Shown here: positions 26,561-32,000 of the stretch, piece after piece
How positions within the stretch are numbered: the stretch's first letter is position 1
How the letters are laid out: each line of letters starts with the position of its first letter
Made by a program: the position numbers and the translations under genes
The notes under the pieces: generated by a model
What the model was told of the DNA's origin: nothing
Databases searched by the model: none
What the model saw: only the letters and a program-made list of their open reading frames with translations
Assembly: GCF_000196355.1 (NCBI RefSeq)
Contig: NC_007614.1
Location: forward strand, 150,001-182,000
From: Nitrosospira multiformis ATCC 25196
Lineage (GTDB): Bacteria > Pseudomonadota > Gammaproteobacteria > Burkholderiales > Nitrosomonadaceae
Length of the DNA: 32,000 nucleotides
Direction: 5' to 3'

Positions 26561-27162
26561 CAGTGCATCTGTGTCCGGTTCAATTGGGGGCTACTACACT
26601 AAACGAATCCACTCAATAAATTGCTTTCCCGCGATCTCTCCTTTCACCCCATGGGATAGTTCCCCATATCGCCAAGAGCGTTGCTGCTTCATCGACGTAT
26701 AACGGCCCGACAGCCTGACAAGTCACGAACAAACTCAACCTCGTACCGCTGCACCCTTCGGGGTCCCTCGTACTCAAGAATGGGTGGATTTAATCCCCAA
26801 TTCATTGTCGAAAGTTCTTACACTCAATGATAGAGATACGCATAAATCTTCTTTTAAGTCCTTGTCCTTATGCGTAAATAAGTGATGACATAGTATTTGC
26901 TTAAGTCAATGCGGAATCTAAGATTTTCTGATGAGCTTACAGGAAAGGGAAAAATAAAAAAACAATCATTGGCATAGCCCCGGCGGCTGGAGGGCCTGTG
27001 GGCACTGGGTATGCCCCCCGGAATGCGATGCTTGCTTACCCTGGATTGATGCCATCGGGGAAATATCAATAGGCATTCAGCCAGCCCATGCGCCCATGGA
27101 TTCCTGCCACTAGAAAATGCCTATGAGCCTGTTTGTTCCCTTCCCGTTGAGTTGAATCGATT

Positions 27163-28338
27163 ATGATAAAAAAAGAAAAGCACAAGACAATCATAATGCT
27201 CGGAACATCGCCTGAAGGACATGGCGGAATCGCGACTGTGGTCGGCAACTACGGAGATTGCGGTGTCCTGAAGAAATGGAAGGTCAAATATGTAGTGACG
27301 CATGTGCAGGGCTCGGGATTTGCAAAAGCATGTGCGGCAGGAGTAGCGATGCAACAGTTACTCTGCATGCTGGTTACTGGCCGGATCGGATTGCTTCATG
27401 TGCATATGTCCTCAAGGGCAAGCACATGGAGAAAGTCACTTTTTCTGCTGATGGGGATGGTGTTTCGGGTCCCCTATCTCATTCACTTGCACAGCCCGAA
27501 TTTCGTTGATTTTTTTGAGCATGAGTGCGGAGAACGTAGAAAGAGGTTAATCAGATTTCTGCTATCGCGGGCGCTATATGTTATTGCCTTATCTCAAGGT
27601 TGGGCTAAAGATATTAAGAAGATTTCTCCTGCTGCACGTACAGTAATTCTTTTTAACTCCGTACCGCTACCTGCTGCGAGGTTGCGCGAGAAAGAGATGG
27701 AAGAAAGTAGCAACGCGCTATGTGATCCTCCTCTTATATTATTTCTTGGTCATGTCGGTAAGCGTAAAGGTACATTTGACCTGATCCGAGCGGTAGCGTT
27801 ACTGAGCGAAAATTTCAGGTTAATTATCGGAGGCGACGGCGAACTCCAGCGGGCGCAGATGTTGTCGGAAGAGCTGGGTGTCAGTGACAAGATTCTGTTT
27901 GCGGGGTGGCTTGGCAAAGCAGAAAAAGATCATTTGCTCGCTCGAGCAGCTATCTTTGTACTTCCTTCGTACCACGAAGGGGTGCCTATGGCGATCCTGG
28001 AAGCAATGTCCTGGGGAATTCCCATTGTAACCACCCCTGTGGGGGGCATACCCGAGGTGGTAACGGAAGGACAAGAGGGCCTACTGGTAAATTCCGGTGA
28101 TATCGTAGGACTCGCACATGCGTTAGCGCGTCTGCTTGCCGCACCATCCCTTCGCCGGGAATTCGGAGAAAGAGGAAGGCACAAGATCGAGTCCAAGTTC
28201 TCTATAAAGGTTCTGCAACCGCAATTGGAACAGTTGTGGATAGACTCGGGTGTATCAGAGCCAGAGCCAAGGCCAGAGCCAGAGCTAGTGATGCAGAGAG
28301 GGGAGGTGCCTGCCCCCGAGATTCAGCCTAAAGTATGA
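27163..28338 (+). CDS. glycosyltransferase family 4 protein
   Basis: 391 aa; GTSPEGHGGIATVVGNY, HVHMSSRASTWRKSLF, LFLGHVGKRKGTFDLIRAVALL, FVLPSYHEGVPMAILEAMSWGIPIVTTPVGGIPEVV. Start may be internal, e.g. MLGTSPEGHGG. Confidence 0.92.
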   Translation: MIKKEKHKTIIMLGTSPEGHGGIATVVGNYGDCGVLKKWKVKYVVTHVQGSGFAKACAAGVAMQQLLCMLVTGRIGLLHVHMSSRASTWRKSLFLLMGMVFRVPYLIHLHSPNFVDFFEHECGERRKRLIRFLLSRALYVIALSQGWAKDIKKISPAARTVILFNSVPLPAARLREKEMEESSNALCDPPLILFLGHVGKRKGTFDLIRAVALLSENFRLIIGGDGELQRAQMLSEELGVSDKILFAGWLGKAEKDHLLARAAIFVLPSYHEGVPMAILEAMSWGIPIVTTPVGGIPEVVTEGQEGLLVNSGDIVGLAHALARLLAAPSLRREFGERGRHKIESKFSIKVLQPQLEQLWIDSGVSEPEPRPEPELVMQRGEVPAPEIQPKV

Positions 28339-28345
28339 TCACCGC

Positions 28346-29500
28346 CTACTCCATTACCGCCGGCAACTCGGCAGCCAGAGCATTCTTTTCCTTGGTTGAC
28401 GCTCCCAGCAGGGCATAGCCGAGCAGTTTTCCCTCGGCGGTTTTGTACAGGGCCTTCACGCCGCTTTCATCTTCCTCCACTAGCCATTCGCCCTGGGCGC
28501 CGGCTGCGGGTGGCGATACCACGGCCGGGCAGGCTGGTGTTTTAACCAGGACAGGCATCGCCGGGTAACGTATCGGAGTGGGAGTTTCAGCGAGAGTCGG
28601 TGCCAGCCCGCGGGCGGCATGCATGATCGGCATGACGAAGGGTAAAACTCTGCCTTCCACCTCTGCACAATCGCCTAACGCGTAAATATGCTCATTGTGC
28701 GTCTGCAAGGAGCGATTTACCACTATTCCGCGGTTCACCCCCAACCCTGCAGCCTGCGCGAGATGGATGCGGGGACGCAGCCCGACGGCGGAGAGCACGA
28801 TCTCGGTCTGCAGCGTTTCTCCGCTGGCAAGAGTCAGGCGAAAACTTTCATGGATCCGTTCCACGTATTCGGCGGTGGCGCCCAGGTGAAAAACGACACC
28901 CGCGGCTTCGAGCCTGTGTTGCATGAAAGCGCCTCCAGCCTGCGGCAGAAGCCGACCCAGGGGATGGACACTGATATCGATTACCCTTACCCGATAACCT
29001 GCTGTCGCCAGATCATTTGCAAATTCACAGCCGATCAGACCGGCCCCAAGGATGGTGACATCCTTTTTTCCTCCCAGGGCGTCGCGTAGCCGTTGGTAAT
29101 CCTCCAGATCGTTGACCGAAAGAATGTCCTTCGCACCCTCTCCTTCCAGCGGCAAGCGGATGGGATCGGCCCCCATGGCCAGAACGAGTTTGCTGTAGGA
29201 AACTTTCTCTCCATCCTGTAGAGTTATTGTTTTGCTGGATGGATCAATAGCACTTACGCGGCTATAAGGGCGGATTGTCAGCTTAAGCTGCTCGGCCATT
29301 TTCTCGGCGCTTGCGGTGACTATGGAGGCAGGTGTTTTGCCTGTCGCCAGGGCATTCGAAAGCATCGGCTTGGAATAGAAGCCGCCGTGATCTGCGGAAA
29401 TGATCAGAACGGGCGTTGTAGTATCCAGCTTGCGGAATTCCCGGGCGACCGTGTAGCCGCCAATGCCGCTGCCAATAATGACGATTGGTGGTGTGCTCAT
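28346..29500 (-). CDS. NAD(P)/FAD-dependent oxidoreductase, rubredoxin-NAD(+) reductase-like
   Basis: PIVIIGSGIGGYTVAREFRKLD; GADPIRLPLEGEGA; VTILGAGLIGCEFANDLATAGYRVRVIDI; IYALGDCAEVEG. Confidence 0.87.
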   Translation of the reverse strand: MSTPPIVIIGSGIGGYTVAREFRKLDTTTPVLIISADHGGFYSKPMLSNALATGKTPASIVTASAEKMAEQLKLTIRPYSRVSAIDPSSKTITLQDGEKVSYSKLVLAMGADPIRLPLEGEGAKDILSVNDLEDYQRLRDALGGKKDVTILGAGLIGCEFANDLATAGYRVRVIDISVHPLGRLLPQAGGAFMQHRLEAAGVVFHLGATAEYVERIHESFRLTLASGETLQTEIVLSAVGLRPRIHLAQAAGLGVNRGIVVNRSLQTHNEHIYALGDCAEVEGRVLPFVMPIMHAARGLAPTLAETPTPIRYPAMPVLVKTPACPAVVSPPAAGAQGEWLVEEDESGVKALYKTAEGKLLGYALLGASTKEKNALAAELPAVME

Positions 29501-29912
29501 GCTTGAGTTTTTGCCCTGTTGACGTTGCTGCTCGTACTGCGATGTGTTGCTGAGGCTGCTCCGGTTTCGATTCGCGCTGCGTTCAATGCTTCCGTGTGAG
29601 GAACCGTATCGCCCGGGATGATACGGTAAGAGTTGCTACGATATTTTTGAAATGCAATCATTCTGCTCCAGGGGTGGATTCTCCAAAATGTCGATTTGAT
29701 TCTTGATGTGCTGGAAAATTCCAACCTGCCAATAATGCTTTTGCTCCAGACCATGGAGAAAAAATTTGAGATGAATAGGCTCGTGTTTCCTGCCATTTCC
29801 GTCAGACATCGAAAGTTTACACCAGACCGGCTCAGACTCATGCGAAAATCGGGGCAGAAAACGAGGAGCGAAGGTGAATAATCACTGACGCGGTCACCGC
29901 ATAGGCACGGGT

Positions 29913-30842
29913 ATGACGGGCAGAACGAAAATTGGTTTCATCGGTCTTGGCATCATGGGTAAGCCAATGGCGAGCCATCTGCTCAGGGGCGGTCATACCT
30001 TATTTCTGCATTCCCGCAGCGGCGTGCCGGGAGAATTGCTCACGCAGGGGGGACAAGCGTGTTCTTCGCCGGCTGAAGTCGCGCAGAACGCTGACCTTAT
30101 CATTACCATGCTTCCGGACACGGGGGATGTGGAGCGGGTGCTGTTCGGTGACAAGGGGGTGGCGGAGGGATTGAGCGCGGGGCGAAGTAAAGGCGGGATC
30201 GTGATGGACATGAGTACCATCTCGCCAGTTGAGACGCGGAAATTCGCCGCTGAAATCAATGAGCTTGGGTGCGAGTACGTGGATGCCCCCGTTTCAGGCG
30301 GAGATATCGGCGCCCGGAACGGCACTCTCACCATCATGGTCGGCGCCACTTCTTCGGCCTTCGTGCAGGTGAAGCCGGTTCTCGAGTTTATGGGTAAAAC
30401 GATAACCCTGATCGGTCCCACTGGCACGGGCCAGGTCTGCAAGCTTGCCAATCAGATCATCGCCGCGCTTACTATCGAAGCGGTGGGTGAAGGTTTGCTA
30501 TTCGCCTCGAAAGCGGGGGCCGATGTGCGGAAAGTGCGCCAGGCATTAATGGGCGGTTTCGCTTATTCCCGCGTGCTGGAAGTACACGGCGAGCGCATGA
30601 TCGAGCGCGCGTTTGAGCCGGGATTTCGCGTCGAGCTGCACCGGAAGGATCTGGGCCTTGCTTTGTCCCATGCCCGTACACTGGGCGTGAGCCTGCCCGG
30701 TACGGCGACTGTTCAGGAATTGCTGAATGCGTGCATCGCGCATGGCGGGGCCGGATGGGATAGTTCGGCCCTGGTACGGATGCTGGAAAAACTGGCGAAT
30801 CATGAGATCGAGACCATCGAAGGCTCGCATGATGAATCATGA
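29913..30842 (+). CDS. NAD-binding 3-hydroxyisobutyrate dehydrogenase family protein; likely 2-hydroxy-3-oxopropionate (tartronate semialdehyde) reductase
   Basis: KIGFIGLGIMGKPMASHLLRGGH; VDAPVSGGDIGARNGTLTIMVG; GPTGTGQVCKLANQIIAA; adjacency to glcD supports a GlxR/GarR-type role. Confidence 0.85.
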   Translation: MTGRTKIGFIGLGIMGKPMASHLLRGGHTLFLHSRSGVPGELLTQGGQACSSPAEVAQNADLIITMLPDTGDVERVLFGDKGVAEGLSAGRSKGGIVMDMSTISPVETRKFAAEINELGCEYVDAPVSGGDIGARNGTLTIMVGATSSAFVQVKPVLEFMGKTITLIGPTGTGQVCKLANQIIAALTIEAVGEGLLFASKAGADVRKVRQALMGGFAYSRVLEVHGERMIERAFEPGFRVELHRKDLGLALSHARTLGVSLPGTATVQELLNACIAHGGAGWDSSALVRMLEKLANHEIETIEGSHDES

Positions 30843-30857
30843 GTTGAATTGGCGGCA

Positions 30858-32000
30858 ATGAACCGTATGAATGACGCTCTCGAACTTGTAAAAAAGCTTC
30901 GGACCTTTCTGCCCGCGGAATCGGTGCTGCATGAGACCGAAGACGTGAGGCCGTACGAGTGCGATGGCCTGTCCGCTTATCGGCAAACGCCCATGATCGT
31001 GGCGCTGCCGCGGACTGAAGATGAAGTGGCGGGAATTTTAAAAATCTGTGATGCACTGAAGATTCCGGTGGTCGCCCGCGGTGCGGGCACTGGTCTCTCC
31101 GGCGGTGCCTTGCCGCATCCGCAGGGAGTGCTGTTGTCGCTGGCGAAGCTGAAAAACATACTGGAGATCGATCCGGCAGCGCGTACGGCAAGGGTGCAGC
31201 CAGGCGTACGCAACCTTGCGATCAGCGAAGCTGCAGCCCCTTACGGACTGTATTACGCGCCTGATCCTTCCTCCCAGATTGCCTGCTCCATCGGGGGTAA
31301 CGTGGCGGAAAATTCCGGAGGTGTGCACTGCCTGAAATACGGACTGACAGTGCACAACATCCTCAAACTGCGTGTTTTGACTATTGAAGGCGAGCTTCTC
31401 GAAATGGGTGCCGATGGGCTGGACGCTCCTGGGTACGACCTGCTGGCGCTCATGACGGGCAGCGAAGGCATGCTGGGTATCGTGACCGAGGTGACGGTGA
31501 AACTGACTCCCCGCCCGGAGAAAGCCCAGGTTGTCCTGGCGTCGTTTGACGACATCCGGGACGCGGGGAATGCAGTGGCGAATGTGATCGGCGCCGGCAT
31601 CATCCCGGCCGGAATGGAAATGATGGACAAGATCACGACCGGGGCAGTGGAAGAGTATGTCCACGCCGGCTATAACGTCGAAGCGGCTGCGATCCTGTTA
31701 TGCGAATCCGACGGCGCGGAGGAAGAGGTGGCGGAGGAGATCGAACGCATCAACGAGATTATGCGGCAGAGCGGTGCGACGGAAGTCAGGATATCCCGCG
31801 ACGAAGCCGAACGCGCTCGGTTCTGGGCGGGGCGGAAGGCGGCTTTTCCTGCCGCAGGCCGGGTTTCCCCTGATTACTATTGCATGGATGGCACCATCCC
31901 GCGCAAGAATCTTGCGAGCGTGCTGACCGGAATCGAAGCGCTTTCTGCCGAATACGGCCTGCGTTGCATGAATGTATTTCATGCGGGTGACGGCAATCTG
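30858..32000 (+). CDS. glcD: glycolate oxidase subunit GlcD, FAD-linked (3' end outside window)
   Basis: MNRMNDALELVKKLRTFLPAESVLHETEDVRPYECDGLSAYRQTPMIVALPRTEDEVAGILKICDALKIPVVARGAGTGLSGGALPHPQGVLLSLAKL...YAPDPSSQIACSIGGNVAENSGGVHCLKYG...MTGSEGMLGIVTEVTVKL. Confidence 0.93.
   Translation, partial: MNRMNDALELVKKLRTFLPAESVLHETEDVRPYECDGLSAYRQTPMIVALPRTEDEVAGILKICDALKIPVVARGAGTGLSGGALPHPQGVLLSLAKLKNILEIDPAARTARVQPGVRNLAISEAAAPYGLYYAPDPSSQIACSIGGNVAENSGGVHCLKYGLTVHNILKLRVLTIEGELLEMGADGLDAPGYDLLALMTGSEGMLGIVTEVTVKLTPRPEKAQVVLASFDDIRDAGNAVANVIGAGIIPAGMEMMDKITTGAVEEYVHAGYNVEAAAILLCESDGAEEEVAEEIERINEIMRQSGATEVRISRDEAERARFWAGRKAAFPAAGRVSPDYYCMDGTIPRKNLASVLTGIEALSAEYGLRCMNVFHAGDGNL

Larger units (their letters stand above)
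25276..26598 (-). mobile_element. intact IS3-family insertion sequence (IS2-like subgroup), 1323 bp, 5 bp TSD CTAAA
   Basis: Imperfect terminal IRs TGGAGTTGCCCCTATTAAACCGGAC (left) and TGTAGTAGCCCCCAATTGAACCGGAC (right, reverse complement); flanking CTAAA at 25271-25275 and 26599-26603; orfA/orfB inside. Confidence 0.93.

Noticed and set aside
25332-26702. 456 aa + strand ORF
   Set aside because: Antisense to the IS3-family transposase genes, whose motifs are unambiguous.
30472-31664. Long - strand ORFs opposite glxR-like and glcD genes
   Set aside because: Antisense shadows of clearly recognised genes.
1-32000. A complete undescribed multi-gene system (defence, retron or biosynthetic cluster)
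   Set aside because: The lone ATPase, small ORFs and remnants lack the adjacency, conserved partners or repeated RNA structures needed to argue for one; only individual leads are reported.

Overview
32 kb of chromosomal sequence. The mix of families (two PEP-CTERM proteins, an EpsA-like regulator, a glxR-like gene followed by glcD) suggests a betaproteobacterial ammonia oxidiser of the Nitrosospira type, but this is inference. The supported content is mostly conventional: 3' end of a DMFase-like gene, an OLD-like AAA ATPase with a C-terminal TOPRIM-like region, a nucleoside deaminase, a two-domain GNAT protein, a Mut7-C/ubiquitin-like fusion, tRNA-Lys(CTT), a DUF2127 protein, a membrane spermidine-synthase-like protein, a signal-peptide-bearing Pcm, secreted Gly/His-rich proteins, a surface-adhesin E-like protein, a thermonuclease-like protein, two PEP-CTERM proteins, a response regulator, a patatin phospholipase, an intact IS3-family element, a GT4 glycosyltransferase, a rubredoxin reductase-like FAD protein, a GlxR/GarR-type dehydrogenase and the 5' part of glcD. 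Points most worth a second look: (1) the ATPase's TOPRIM-like region has lost two acidic residues; (2) a ~110 bp direct repeat carries the promoter region and first codons of the response-regulator gene and brackets ~1.9 kb with an aadA-like remnant; (3) an EpsA-like regulator is split or internally deleted; (4) three Fur-box-like sequences lie around it; (5) IS ends with a 5 bp target duplication and an A8 slippery site; (6) paralogous secreted Gly/His-rich proteins share a C-terminal motif; (7) Pcm carries an apparent signal peptide. I did not find convincing evidence of a multi-gene undescribed system, a CRISPR array or a retron.
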